From positions 1 to 64,000 of IMG/VR virus record IMGVR_UViG_3300016471_000517: a stretch of 64,000 nt of DNA, one strand, 5' to 3'. The DNA comes from a virus. Below the pieces are notes generated by a model, which made no database searches, was not told the DNA's origin, and worked only from the letters and a program-made list of their open reading frames with translations. The translations under genes were made by a program, and so were the position numbers. Positions within the stretch are counted from its first letter, which is position 1; each line of letters starts with the position of its first letter. Positions 18,386-28,102 of the stretch are shown piece by piece.

Positions 18386-20410
18386 ATGCCTACAAGTGTA
18401 AATCAGTTAAATCCAGCATACTCTAAAGTATTAGACATTGTTCTTCAAAAAGACAATGGAGATGAAGCATTTTCAATACTAAAACCAAATACATTTTGTA
18501 GATTTGAAAAAATGGAATTTTTGGAAAGTATTTTTGAATTATTTCCAAGTGGATCTTTGGTTGTTAAAGATACATCAGACATAATAAGCCACATAAAAAG
18601 AGAAGAAATCGACACGATTGTTGCCACTTTTATAAATGGTGAAGTTAATAAATTTTCAATAACAAGTACTTCTTATATTACCAATGCCGCTTCAGAAACA
18701 GAAGAAAACTTTGTTTCTATAAATTTTAGCAATCATCTTTATAAATTATCACAAGATAATTCTTTAATAAAAATATTAAACACACCAAAACCAATAGTTA
18801 AAAAAGTAAGTTCTTTAGTATCTGATATAGTTTCAAAATCAACTTCTTTGTTTTCTGAATTTGAATCGGCAACACCACCTACACTGGTGGCAAATGATGA
18901 AACTTCAAACTATGCTTTGTATAAACCTTTAAATCCTCTTGAAGATAAAATTGAAGTAGCAAATGAAAATTTTATTCAGTACTTGTATTATCTTTCAAGT
19001 ATGGCATGTAATAAGTTAACGTTTGAGCCAAATTATTTGTTTTGGACTGGATTTGAAAATCAATTAAATTTTAAATATTTTTATAGAAATATAGAGCAAG
19101 ATACTTCAAAAATAAGTAAATTAAATTCTTATAATTTGAGATATGCTGTTTATAATTCAGATGCCACCAGTATTCAAATACCCAGAGGCGGCAAAAAACA
19201 TTATAAAATTTATATATTAACAACAGAGCCCGCAGAACAGTTTGTTTCTAAAAAATATTATTATGTAAGAAAAACACCAAAAATTTTAAACAAAAGACCG
19301 CCGGGATCTACAGAATCTACAACAGAATTGTTAACATATCAATTTCAAGACGAAGGTGAAAAATTTGATATTGAAATAATTGGATCTGATGGTGCAAGAA
19401 ACAGCATAGAACCAGGCGCGGATGAATTAAAATGGCCTTATCACTGGGGTTATTATACATCTATGGTTTCTGATGATAGAATAAGTTTGCCAGCTTCTAT
19501 AAATCAAAATTTAGGATTGAATAATAAATATTCATCAACAGATTTCATGGGTTTGACTGGAGCGTTTCCATATATCGATAATACAGAAATGTGGAAAAAC
19601 ATTTTTGATTTTACACCCATTCATCCAAATATCTCAACAAATTCGGACACAACAAACTTAGAGTTACAAAAAGTAATGGATATTCGGTACGATGTATTCA
19701 AAGCCGATAATGGAATATCAAGTTCTTTGGAACAAATAAGACAAATTGAAAGACAAAACTTTATAGCATATGTTTTGTGTTGTTTGAAAAGTGAAGTATT
19801 AGAAGAAGAAACTTTTTTTGCTGCAATTTATGGTTATAAACCAGATCCAGTGACTGCTGGTGATATAGGGGCCAACGAAGAACCATTGAAGTATTTGTAT
19901 GCATGGAGAAGATTAAAATATACAAATACAACATTTAGCGGAACTCCTCCTGTGCCACCAAACAATTCTCTGTTCAGACTTTTTGAAAACGATGGTTGGG
20001 AAGATGACAGTGAAGGAGTAGATATTAACGACAATTCTACGTGGGCAGTAAATTTAAACGAAAGAACTAATTTCTTTTCTTTCGGTTTTGGTCCTATACA
20101 ATCAACTGGTTATTATGCACCGGGTTGGTACGCATTAAATCTTTTGAATGATTTTAACGATGTTTATTACAGACCCGTTGGAAATACCGTTGATCAATTG
20201 GTGCAAAATTACACTGACTTTTCATCTAAGAGGCATATTGTCAGGATGACAAAAACTCCAATAAAACTTTTATTATTGCAGGCTGGTGTGCAGGATGAAG
20301 ATGTTTTAAATTACTATACTGGTAAATACTTGTATACGTTTAATTCTGCAAATATAACAGACGGGCCATGCCCACCAACTGAGGGTGGTGGAATTATAAT
20401 AGCTGATTAA
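18386..20410 (+). CDS. baseplate hub (gp27-like) N-terminal part with insertions
   Basis: FLESIF..FPSGSLVVKD, YLFW; synteny. Confidence 0.5.
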   Translation: MPTSVNQLNPAYSKVLDIVLQKDNGDEAFSILKPNTFCRFEKMEFLESIFELFPSGSLVVKDTSDIISHIKREEIDTIVATFINGEVNKFSITSTSYITNAASETEENFVSINFSNHLYKLSQDNSLIKILNTPKPIVKKVSSLVSDIVSKSTSLFSEFESATPPTLVANDETSNYALYKPLNPLEDKIEVANENFIQYLYYLSSMACNKLTFEPNYLFWTGFENQLNFKYFYRNIEQDTSKISKLNSYNLRYAVYNSDATSIQIPRGGKKHYKIYILTTEPAEQFVSKKYYYVRKTPKILNKRPPGSTESTTELLTYQFQDEGEKFDIEIIGSDGARNSIEPGADELKWPYHWGYYTSMVSDDRISLPASINQNLGLNNKYSSTDFMGLTGAFPYIDNTEMWKNIFDFTPIHPNISTNSDTTNLELQKVMDIRYDVFKADNGISSSLEQIRQIERQNFIAYVLCCLKSEVLEEETFFAAIYGYKPDPVTAGDIGANEEPLKYLYAWRRLKYTNTTFSGTPPVPPNNSLFRLFENDGWEDDSEGVDINDNSTWAVNLNERTNFFSFGFGPIQSTGYYAPGWYALNLLNDFNDVYYRPVGNTVDQLVQNYTDFSSKRHIVRMTKTPIKLLLLQAGVQDEDVLNYYTGKYLYTFNSANITDGPCPPTEGGGIIIAD

Positions 20411-20421
20411 GGACCATAAAA

Positions 20422-21123
20422 ATGACAAATGTTCCCTCCCAAATTAAAACAATTGGTGCAACAAAAACTTCTGTTGCAATAAATACAGTTTCTTCAAAAG
20501 AAACTTATGATTGCGCCAATGCCCAAATAACAAGAGGATTGACTGGACAGCCGTCCACTTTAGCCGAATGTAAAGATAATTATCCCAACATAGCCACAAT
20601 CGCAACTGCATTGGGCGTTGATATGGATAATCCTTGGAGTGGTCCACCAATACCAGGTTCTCTGCCACCTATACACGATACTTTATTGGGCAATGACTCG
20701 GATTTAAAAGAATGCACAGGCATTGATAGAGTACTTGGAAGCTCTTGGTTGGGTTGTCTTTGGGGTTCGCCTATGGCGGATTTTAGTTGCACGTGTCCAG
20801 ATGTAGGTGCAAATTTTGACAAATACTTAAAATTAAGATTGAATGTAGCAACTTTCTGGAACACTCCAATAGAAACTCCAGCAAAAAGATCGGAATTTTT
20901 AGATGCCATTAAATTTGCTCCTAAAACAACAATCGTTGTTCCTGGAACATTTCAAGTTAGACCCGGCGATGTAATTGAAATAAAAGCCGATAACACGGCA
21001 GCATATCAAAATTCTGGTTCATCAATTTTATCAAAAAAATATTATGTCATATCTGTAAAAAACATGGTTTCGAGTGGCGGGGTACACGAAACAGCAATTG
21101 TTGCAAGCACAATTTTGCCATAA
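20422..21123 (+). CDS. baseplate hub (gp27/gpD-like) C-terminal part
   Basis: IVVPGTFQVRPGDVIEI..SKKYYVISVKN..HET. Confidence 0.5.
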   Translation: MTNVPSQIKTIGATKTSVAINTVSSKETYDCANAQITRGLTGQPSTLAECKDNYPNIATIATALGVDMDNPWSGPPIPGSLPPIHDTLLGNDSDLKECTGIDRVLGSSWLGCLWGSPMADFSCTCPDVGANFDKYLKLRLNVATFWNTPIETPAKRSEFLDAIKFAPKTTIVVPGTFQVRPGDVIEIKADNTAAYQNSGSSILSKKYYVISVKNMVSSGGVHETAIVASTILP

Positions 21124-21132
21124 ATAATATGT

Positions 21133-21513
21133 ATGGCAACTAAAGATTTAAATATACTTGGGCAAAAAGTATCTACACCAGCAAATAAAAAAGATATTGC
21201 TGTTGTTAGTGGATTTAATTCTTATGTTCAAAAGGTAGAAAATATTTGTAAATTGCAAGAAAATGAAATACCGAGTGATATGGCAATTGGAGTGGATTAC
21301 TACAATTTTATATTCAATCCAGTAGCAAATAAATATTTGACACAATCTGGTATTTCAAGAAGCATAAAGGCAGCAATTCCAGAATTTACCTCAGTCAACA
21401 CCGATATAATTTATTATAGTGACAATACTATAACCATGGATGTTGAATTTACTTTAAGCATACAATCAAAAATTCAAAATTCAAAATGCAGAATTGAGGT
21501 TCCTTTAACATGA
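21133..21513 (+). CDS. 25: baseplate wedge gp25-like
   Basis: KDL...DI.V....V.NI.....E.P....G; size and position before gp6. Confidence 0.7.
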   Translation: MATKDLNILGQKVSTPANKKDIAVVSGFNSYVQKVENICKLQENEIPSDMAIGVDYYNFIFNPVANKYLTQSGISRSIKAAIPEFTSVNTDIIYYSDNTITMDVEFTLSIQSKIQNSKCRIEVPLT

Positions 21514-22586
21514 CACTAAACTTTAAAAATTTGAATGTAGCATCTTTAGATTATACTGATATTGTGAATTCTTTAAAAACATTTCTAAAACAAGAACCCA
21601 CTTTATCTGATTTAGATTTTGATAATTCAGCAAGTGCAGTAAGTCTTCTTTGTGATATTCTCGCAACCGCAACAGCATATAATGGAATTTATGCTCAGTT
21701 TGGTTATCATGAAAGTTTTTTAAGCACTGCAAATTTACTAGAATCTATCGTTGGAATTGCTTCAAACTCATCTGTATTACTTGAAGTAAAAAATTCAGCA
21801 AAGTGCACAAGAAACGTTTCAACTACAGTTGCAGCAGGTTTTTCCGCATATTATCCTTTCACTGCATCTGCAACAGATGGTTCTGAAGTTTTGTTTTTTA
21901 ATACAATAGAATTACCGGGCAACACAGCTTCGAGCGTAGATCTTTATTGCGGTAATGAAGTTGTACAATACACAAATTGGGATTTTAATAGTCAGTCGAT
22001 GACAATACCATTGATTGTTGATCCAAGGACCATAAATCTTTATTCTGTTGATACTTCAGGCAATTCCATAACATGGACTAGAGTTTCAAAATCGGATCAA
22101 AATGCTGGTTCAAATCAATATTTTTATTCTGTTTTGAACACTGTAAATGGTTATCTTGTAAGTGCAAATTTACCAGAATCTTTTGATATTCCAACAAATT
22201 ATACAGTGTTCGTAAAAGCTGTCATATCGAACGGTTCTTTGGGCAATAATTCCACAATAAATGAACCTAGTGGATTGGTTTTCTTAACTAATAATGTACC
22301 TTCTGGTGGATATGATAGCCTTTCTGTTGAACAGGCCAGAGCAAAAGTACAATTCTCGGCTACATCACAACATAGATGCGTAACACTAAATGACTTTGTC
22401 ATCGCAATATTAAATTCAGGTATTCCTGGAACAGAAAACGAAGACAAAATAACAGTGGCAAATGGAACAGATCCTTGCACAATAAATGTATATGTCACCG
22501 ACATGGATTCTTCGTATGAACTAGAACTTATGAATTACCTCGGTGAAAAAGCGGTAGCCGGAGTAAACTTAATTTATACACTATGA
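21510..22586 (+). CDS. 6: baseplate wedge gp6-like (short, 358 aa)
   Basis: LDY.DI..SLK.FL..DLDF..SA.S.L.DILA...YN, ESFLSTA, GG.D, Q.RCVT..DF. Confidence 0.85.
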   Translation: MTLNFKNLNVASLDYTDIVNSLKTFLKQEPTLSDLDFDNSASAVSLLCDILATATAYNGIYAQFGYHESFLSTANLLESIVGIASNSSVLLEVKNSAKCTRNVSTTVAAGFSAYYPFTASATDGSEVLFFNTIELPGNTASSVDLYCGNEVVQYTNWDFNSQSMTIPLIVDPRTINLYSVDTSGNSITWTRVSKSDQNAGSNQYFYSVLNTVNGYLVSANLPESFDIPTNYTVFVKAVISNGSLGNNSTINEPSGLVFLTNNVPSGGYDSLSVEQARAKVQFSATSQHRCVTLNDFVIAILNSGIPGTENEDKITVANGTDPCTINVYVTDMDSSYELELMNYLGEKAVAGVNLIYTL

Positions 22587-23206
22587 TTTTATTATTCAAC
22601 CATCTTCCAGTAACTTTAAATCAAAAGATTGCAAAGTTTATTGAAACTGTAAAATCTGCCTATGGTTCAGATTTTTATGATGTTGAAGACGACCGGTGGT
22701 TTGGCGATAATATAACAGTAGAATCTTTATTTCCAAAATGGATCATAAAAGAAGCACAAGATGATCCATCAAATGTTTTAATTGTTCAAATAGTAAAAAG
22801 TTACTTAAGATGGCTGTTCAGCATTCCATATGGTTATGGCGGTGCAGTTCCTTGGGAAACCATAAGAGATCCACAAACAATTCCAACAAAACTTTTGGAG
22901 GGAATTGCTGACTTGTATTTTCCAAAGGCAGATTTTTCTTCATCAAGTGACTTAAATGATCTACTTCCAAATATTAGAACTTTTGCACTGAATGTAGATG
23001 AAAATTATTTTAATGTAAAAGGAAGCATGGCAGGAATCAAATATGTTTTGACTGCTTTAATAGGTATCAATACAGATTCATGTGATGTGTTTACCGGAAG
23101 TCCGGGTTTTATAATTGTAAGAGCAAATGTTCCAGAAAAGTATAAACCATTTTTGAATGAATATGTTTATCCGGCAGGAATGAAAATACTTTACGAGAGT
23201 CCATAA
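22583..23206 (+). CDS. baseplate wedge gp7-like protein
   Basis: SLFP.WI, YL.WL, F.VKGS..GI, V.PAG.K. Confidence 0.6.
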   Translation: MILLFNHLPVTLNQKIAKFIETVKSAYGSDFYDVEDDRWFGDNITVESLFPKWIIKEAQDDPSNVLIVQIVKSYLRWLFSIPYGYGGAVPWETIRDPQTIPTKLLEGIADLYFPKADFSSSSDLNDLLPNIRTFALNVDENYFNVKGSMAGIKYVLTALIGINTDSCDVFTGSPGFIIVRANVPEKYKPFLNEYVYPAGMKILYESP

Positions 23207-23207
23207 A

Positions 23208-23654
23208 ATGTTTACAAAAATTATGTCCTTTGCGATGGCCATTGCCTCGCGTGGGTTATCTGATTGTAAAGTCGATCTCCCCACAAAACAGCTTAGATAC
23301 ATATCTTGTTTTGGCAATTCTGACATAAGTCCTTGCACAAATTTGAAAAAAAGCGACAAATCAGAATATTATTATTGTAATGGCTGCAATTGTGGTGATC
23401 ATTCTCATACATGGCTTATAAAGGCAGAAGGTGAATATTCGAAGCTTGATTATCCAAAATTAAACTGCCCATTGAAAATGCCCGGATTTACCAATTATGA
23501 TCCAAACAGCCCAAAGCAAGATTTACAAAGAAAAAAGACAATAGAGAATATGGATCCAGAAAAATTAAATCTTGTGAAAATTACAATATCCGCTGACAAA
23601 GAAAAAGAAGAGCTTTTTAATAAAATACAGAAAGTTATTGAAAATAATAAATAA
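23208..23654 (+). CDS. Cys-cluster protein
   Basis: RYISC..PC..YCNGCNCG..KL..LNCP; resembles 8629..9219. Confidence 0.65.
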   Translation: MFTKIMSFAMAIASRGLSDCKVDLPTKQLRYISCFGNSDISPCTNLKKSDKSEYYYCNGCNCGDHSHTWLIKAEGEYSKLDYPKLNCPLKMPGFTNYDPNSPKQDLQRKKTIENMDPEKLNLVKITISADKEKEELFNKIQKVIENNK

Positions 23655-23658
23655 CTTT

Positions 23659-24252
23659 ATGCGTTACCAACATATCTACTACAAAAATTTATGCGAACAA
23701 CTTCAAGAAAGAATTCAAATTCTTCAAAAATTTCTTTCAGAAGCAAATATTCGCTCCGCATCCGAAATTGAACAATTAGGAAGAGAAATATATAAAACAG
23801 CCTTGGACAAGAGAGAAAGAGAACTCGGTAGAAAACTAACCTATGATGAAGTTTCTGCCATTGCCGATGAAACCATAATTCCATACACTAATAGAGCTGA
23901 CAGAAGAGAGCAATTGATCGCACGCGCATCGGCAGAACTTCCAGTAGTAGCACAATCAGGCGACGTTAAAACTGCAACACAATTTGCAGACGTGATTGGA
24001 GATATTTCAAAGAAAAATATTTCTGGAAAAGTTGCCGGAAACAGAAATTTTAGTCCAGAGTTTGCAGAACGTCTGCAATCATATCAACAAAGAACTGCCG
24101 AAATTCACAATACGATACGGAACCTTGGCAGGCAAATTACAGTCCCCGCAGACATCGCAGCAATGAGAAAAGTAGTGCAAATGGGTAGAGGAAGATACCA
24201 ACCACCGCTTCCAACACCAGAAACAATGCACGTAACACCTTCACACTATTAA
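23659..24252 (+). CDS. putative internal virion protein (YYKNLCEQLQ leader)
   Basis: TAAATA upstream; shared leader. Confidence 0.65.
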   Translation: MRYQHIYYKNLCEQLQERIQILQKFLSEANIRSASEIEQLGREIYKTALDKRERELGRKLTYDEVSAIADETIIPYTNRADRREQLIARASAELPVVAQSGDVKTATQFADVIGDISKKNISGKVAGNRNFSPEFAERLQSYQQRTAEIHNTIRNLGRQITVPADIAAMRKVVQMGRGRYQPPLPTPETMHVTPSHY

Positions 24253-24285
24253 AAAAAAACCATAAATAATCTTATAAAGGAAAAA

Positions 24286-25044
24286 ATGGACTACCTAACA
24301 AACTACTACAAAAATCTTTGCGAACAACTTCAAGATAGAGTTAATATTCTTGAGGCTTTCGTCAATAGACCAACTTCCACAATTTTAAATGATACTTTTA
24401 GAGATGATGAAGAACAAGATCGAAGATTGCTTCAAAGATCTCAAGTAATGTCAGATCTTCACGCTCTTACATCATTTGATGGAGCAGACCATGAAACTAA
24501 ATTGTCTGCTGCAAAAATTTTGCAAGATATGGAAGTCCCCGGAGTCGATGCCAGTCGTGATGATTTAAGAAGAGCTTTGAGAGCACTAAAAACACACGGA
24601 TCTTCTGATGCTTTTAAAGCACATGCTGCTAAAAATTTGTCTGGTTATGCTGAAAGTGGAACTAGAGATGAAGTAGTCGGCAATAATGATATGAATATGA
24701 GAACAGTACGTAGAGTAAATTATGATGTTGGTACTGGTGTAGATGCTCTTGCAAAAGAAACATTTGGAGACGATCCAGTATCTGTAGGTGGTCTACAAAG
24801 ATCAAACAAACAAATTGCAGGTGCAATGAATACTTCAACAGGTTCAGTAAGAGATTTTATGGCAAGAATTCAAGATCCAAATGTAATAAATACACTTGGT
24901 ACATTGGCTACTTATTCAAATGATCCAAGAACTGTAGAGAGAGCAGGTCAATCAGTAGCAGCACAGTTCCCAGAAAGATTTGAACGTACAGTATTGTCAC
25001 AATATTTTAATAAGGGTGGCCAACGAAGAGTAAATAAAAAATAA
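24286..25044 (+). CDS. putative internal virion protein (YYKNLCEQLQ leader)
   Basis: TAAATA at 24263, AAGGA SD; shared leader. Confidence 0.7.
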   Translation: MDYLTNYYKNLCEQLQDRVNILEAFVNRPTSTILNDTFRDDEEQDRRLLQRSQVMSDLHALTSFDGADHETKLSAAKILQDMEVPGVDASRDDLRRALRALKTHGSSDAFKAHAAKNLSGYAESGTRDEVVGNNDMNMRTVRRVNYDVGTGVDALAKETFGDDPVSVGGLQRSNKQIAGAMNTSTGSVRDFMARIQDPNVINTLGTLATYSNDPRTVERAGQSVAAQFPERFERTVLSQYFNKGGQRRVNKK

Positions 25045-25071
25045 GTAAAAACTTAAAATTTTTTGAATAAA

Positions 25072-25104
25072 CTTTTGGGCTCCTTTGGGGGCCCAAAATT
25101 TTTT
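25072..25104 (+). terminator. intrinsic terminator
   Basis: TTTTGGGCTCC-TTTG-GGGGCCCAAAA + T-run. Confidence 0.7.
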
Positions 25105-25352
25105 ATGCCATCCCATGCTTTTTGAGGTTTGGGGTCATGGGGGGTGGCCAAAAATTTTTTAGACCATCAAGGATATTTGAGAAATAGGGGTCGATCAAAG
25201 ATCATGGAGAATATTCAAGGTATTTTGAAAATATTTGAAAAAATTAAAGAGGGTGGGGGGAGCTAGCCGTCCGATAACCGCACCCAATATGGGACCCAAA
25301 TTTACTGTTTGGACATCGATCTTAACACAATTAATTTAATTCTCAAATAAAC

Positions 25353-25381
25353 TCAGAGGCCCCCTTGCGGGGGCCTCTGAG
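25353..25381 (-). terminator. terminator hairpin at the left edge of the GC block
   Basis: TCAGAGGCCCC-CTTGCG-GGGGCCTCTGA. Confidence 0.7.
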
Positions 25382-25391
25382 GGCTGGGAGG

Positions 25392-25598
25392 TTATCCCTC
25401 CGCGTGTTGGTCCCAGTAGAGCAAGTGCTCCTCGTCGGCCTCGTAGCCGGGGTCCTCGGTGGCATCCGCCTGCGCGTCCGCCTCCGCCATGTTCGCGCGG
25501 TCCAAGATTTCCTCGCACACCCCGCAGAGGGTGTCCGAGCCAGCGCAGACGCAGCAGGCGGGGCGGGTGGTTTCTTCGATGTGGGTGGTGCTGTCCAT
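25392..25598 (-). CDS. small acidic CxxC protein (early, leaderless)
   Basis: TTGCAT..TATACT-6nt-ATG; CCVC..LCGVC, acidic tail. Confidence 0.7.
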   Translation of the reverse strand: MDSTTHIEETTRPACCVCAGSDTLCGVCEEILDRANMAEADAQADATEDPGYEADEEHLLYWDQHAEG

Positions 25599-25658
25599 GC
25601 GTGTAGTATACCATACCTGCAACCGAATGCAAGCGCGTCGAAAGAAATTTCTAGAAAC

Positions 25659-25688
25659 ACTGCCGGCCCCCTTGGGGGCCGGCAGTGG
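25659..25688 (-). terminator. GC hairpin after 25711..25989
   Basis: CACTGCCGGCCCC-CTTG-GGGGCCGGCAGTG. Confidence 0.65.
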
Positions 25689-25710
25689 GCTGCAGGGTAG
25701 GCGGTGGGCG

Positions 25711-25989
25711 TTACATCTCGCCCCATCCCGCGCTCGCTAGCCAGTCGTTGTCGGCATCCCAGTCCTCGCGGGTCATCTGCCCGCAGGCATCCGCGAACGC
25801 ATCGTTGTCCGCCTCGCGGCTCGCCTCCTCAAGGGAAGGCTCCGCGTGTTCCCCTCCCCTGCGGGCCTCACGCTCCCGCTCCTGCTCCTCCTCGCACGAC
25901 GGGCACAGGCTGTCCGTGTAGGCATACTCCGGGCGGTGGCAGAAGCAGGGGAAGTGTTCGTCCTCGTGGTTGTGGTGCGCGTTGCTCAT
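25711..25989 (-). CDS. small acidic Cys-containing protein (early, leaderless)
   Basis: TTGACA(26024)-17-TATCAT-6nt-ATG; CFC..LCPSC, ends DWLASAGWGEM. Confidence 0.75.
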   Translation of the reverse strand: MSNAHHNHEDEHFPCFCHRPEYAYTDSLCPSCEEEQEREREARRGGEHAEPSLEEASREADNDAFADACGQMTREDWDADNDWLASAGWGEM

Positions 25990-25995
25990 GCCCCC

Positions 25996-26089
25996 ATGAT
26001 ACCATGCCCCGCTCCCCATGTCAACCCCTCCACCAAAGAAATATTTCTTTCATCCACCGCTTGACATGGGGCCGGGAGTCTGGTACAAT
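25996..26089. promoter_or_regulatory. divergent sigma70 promoter pair
   Basis: Minus TTGACA/TATCAT and plus TTGACA(26061)/TACAAT(26084), around palindrome AAAGAAATATTTCTTT. Confidence 0.85.
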
Positions 26090-26095
26090 GTGCGC

Positions 26096-26434
26096 ATGAA
26101 CACCACCTCACGCAACGGCATCGGCATCGTCCTCTCCTCTAACCTCTACTCGCGTCACGACGAAGTGATGAGCCTCCTCTCGAACGGGTGGGTGCAGGTC
26201 ACCTTCCGCAAGGGCAACGGTGATGTGGTCACCCGCCTCGGCACCCGCAACCCGACGCTCGTCGGCACCTTCGGTGACCGCGTGAACCTGACCGCCATCC
26301 GTAACTCCGACGGTCCCTTCAATGCGGTCCCGCTCGTCTACTTCGACCACGCTGCCGGAGACGTCCGCTCCTTCTATGTTGAGGATGTCCGGTCGGTCTG
26401 CATCCCGGCGGAGTGCCCGGAGAATAATCACTAA
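26096..26434 (+). CDS. SH3/WYL_2 (DUF2693)-like protein
   Basis: VTFRKGNGDVVTRLGTRN..YFD..G.VRSF. Confidence 0.7.
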   Translation: MNTTSRNGIGIVLSSNLYSRHDEVMSLLSNGWVQVTFRKGNGDVVTRLGTRNPTLVGTFGDRVNLTAIRNSDGPFNAVPLVYFDHAAGDVRSFYVEDVRSVCIPAECPENNH

Positions 26435-26483
26435 ATCTTTCTTCCCGCTTGACTCACCGCCTTCCACCCAGTACAATACACCC

Positions 26484-26675
26484 ATGACCACCATCCTCCG
26501 CATCACTTCCATCGTTTCGATCCTCTGCATCATCTTCGCCGCGTTCCTCACCTTCGGGCTCGCCTACAACGGCGACTACATCGGCGCCATGATCTGCCTT
26601 GCGCTGTGCGGTCTGTCGGTCGTGAACTGGCTAATCTCCAATGCGGTGCGCGAAGAATACTACGAGGTCCGGTAA
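26484..26675 (+). CDS. small two-TM membrane protein
   Basis: TTGACT(26449)/TACAAT(26472)-6nt-ATG; two hydrophobic stretches. Confidence 0.7.
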   Translation: MTTILRITSIVSILCIIFAAFLTFGLAYNGDYIGAMICLALCGLSVVNWLISNAVREEYYEVR

Positions 26676-26754
26676 CAACCTAACGAGGTGGTGCTCGTAC
26701 CAGCCGAAAAGGATTCGCTCCCTGCCCCGATTAGTTCGGGGCTAGGCTGTTTGA

Positions 26755-26839
26755 GGGCTACTATCCGGATCCCGCCTACGGCGGGATCCGGACCCCCTCC
26801 CAGGGGCCTCGGATCCTCGCTGCGCTCGGATAGTAGTCC
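26755..26839. repeat. palindromic element copy 1
   Basis: GGGCTACTATCCGG-hairpin...CGGATAGTAGTCC. Confidence 0.9.
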
Positions 26840-26843
26840 GGGG

Positions 26844-27074
26844 TTACCAGTTCACCTCCCCGCGCTCCTTGCGGTCCATAAACTCAATCTTAGCGGCAAT
26901 CCGTTGCAGTTCGCGGTCCATCTCGGCTTCTACTGCTGCTGCTGCGTCGTCTAGCCACCACATGCGACCGGGTTCGGCATCCCCGATGTCGCATCCACGG
27001 TCGGGATCGTAGTCGCAATCGCGGCCGCAGACATGGGGGCGGGTGGGTTCACCGTTGTTAGAGGAGTGGTGCAT
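26844..27074 (-). CDS. small Cys/acidic early protein
   Basis: TTGCAA/TACAAT-6nt-ATG on minus; MHHSSNNGEPTRPHVCGRDCD. Confidence 0.7.
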   Translation of the reverse strand: MHHSSNNGEPTRPHVCGRDCDYDPDRGCDIGDAEPGRMWWLDDAAAAVEAEMDRELQRIAAKIEFMDRKERGEVNW

Positions 27075-27080
27075 GTCGGC

Positions 27081-27173
27081 ATTGTACCAGACTGGGGCGT
27101 CGATTGCAAGCGGGGAGGAATAAATAAATTCTTTCGTGGTGGGGTTGACACAGCCACCCCAGTCTGGTACAAT
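27081..27173. promoter_or_regulatory. divergent sigma70 promoter pair with 17-bp inverted repeat
   Basis: ATTGTACCAGACTGGGG ... CCCCAGTCTGGTACAAT; TTGACA at 27145. Confidence 0.85.
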
Positions 27174-27179
27174 ACGCGC

Positions 27180-27740
27180 ATGAACACCACCACCACCCGC
27201 TACGCCGCCGTCCGCTCCGCTGCCATCGATTCCTTCATCACGCTGCTCGCGCAGGCTACGCTCTTTGACCTGCGCGCTGCCGAGCGTTGGTACGATGAGG
27301 CGGGCGCGTTCGCTGAATCCCTCCGCGCCACCACCGGGTGGAGCCTCGAAACGTCGGCCAGCGTCGTGTCGGCCTTCTCGCCCCGTGTCACTTGGGCGCA
27401 CAACAAGGCGAAGGCGACGCAGTACGCTCAGGGCATCACGCCGAAGGGTCTGCGGTCCCACGTGGTCGCGGCGGATCGGTGCGTCGCGGAAGGCTTCAAC
27501 GGCCTGCGCGGGCTCAAGACTAACGCGTTCGCCCGTGCCATCGCGGGTGACCGTGAGGCCGTCGTCGTGGACGTTTGGATGTGCCGTGCTGCGGGCCTCG
27601 GGAAGGATGCTCCCAACAAGACGGAATATCGGGCCATCGCATCGGCCATCCGGACCATCGCGGCCACGCCTGCCGTCAGCATGGCCCCGGCCACCCTTCA
27701 GGCCCTGCTGTGGATCATCATCCGGGGGAAGGCGGAATAA
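27180..27740 (+). CDS. DUF7178-like (HhH glycosylase-like fold) protein
   Basis: WY..A, SAFSPRVTW..N, GLKTNAF, VVVDVWM.RA, Y..I, LQA..W. Confidence 0.6.
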   Translation: MNTTTTRYAAVRSAAIDSFITLLAQATLFDLRAAERWYDEAGAFAESLRATTGWSLETSASVVSAFSPRVTWAHNKAKATQYAQGITPKGLRSHVVAADRCVAEGFNGLRGLKTNAFARAIAGDREAVVVDVWMCRAAGLGKDAPNKTEYRAIASAIRTIAATPAVSMAPATLQALLWIIIRGKAE

Positions 27741-27788
27741 TCCGCCCGACCCCTTGACACGGGACCGAAACGAAGGTACAATACACCC

Positions 27789-27941
27789 ATGAACACCACC
27801 ACCAAGATTCGCGTCCGATTCGTCCACGAAGCACTGCGGGAAGGAATCCGGCTCCGCCCCAAGACCTGGGGCAAGAAGAGCCGGGACACTCGCAAGGCCA
27901 GGAGGGAAGGAAAGCGGGAAACGGCCCTAGAGGTGGTCTAG
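27789..27941 (+). CDS. small basic protein (50 aa)
   Basis: TTGACA(27754)/TACAAT(27777)-6nt-ATG; MNTTTKIRVRFVHEALREG... Confidence 0.65.
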   Translation: MNTTTKIRVRFVHEALREGIRLRPKTWGKKSRDTRKARREGKRETALEVV

Positions 27942-28036
27942 GGCTACTATCCGGAGGCCCCGTAGGGGCCTCCGGACCCCCTCGGACTCTGCGAGCCCTC
28001 GGATAGTAGTCCCCGCCTGGACGCACTTACCGGACC
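27941..28036. repeat. palindromic element copy 2 + TTACCGGAC box
   Basis: GGGCTACTATCCGGAGGCCCC-GTA-GGGGCCTCCGGA...CGGATAGTAGTCC. Confidence 0.9.
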
Positions 28037-28102
28037 CGAAGAAATTTAGAAATATTCTGCCCACCGCTTGACTGCCGGCCCGCCACCTGTTACAATACGC
28101 CC

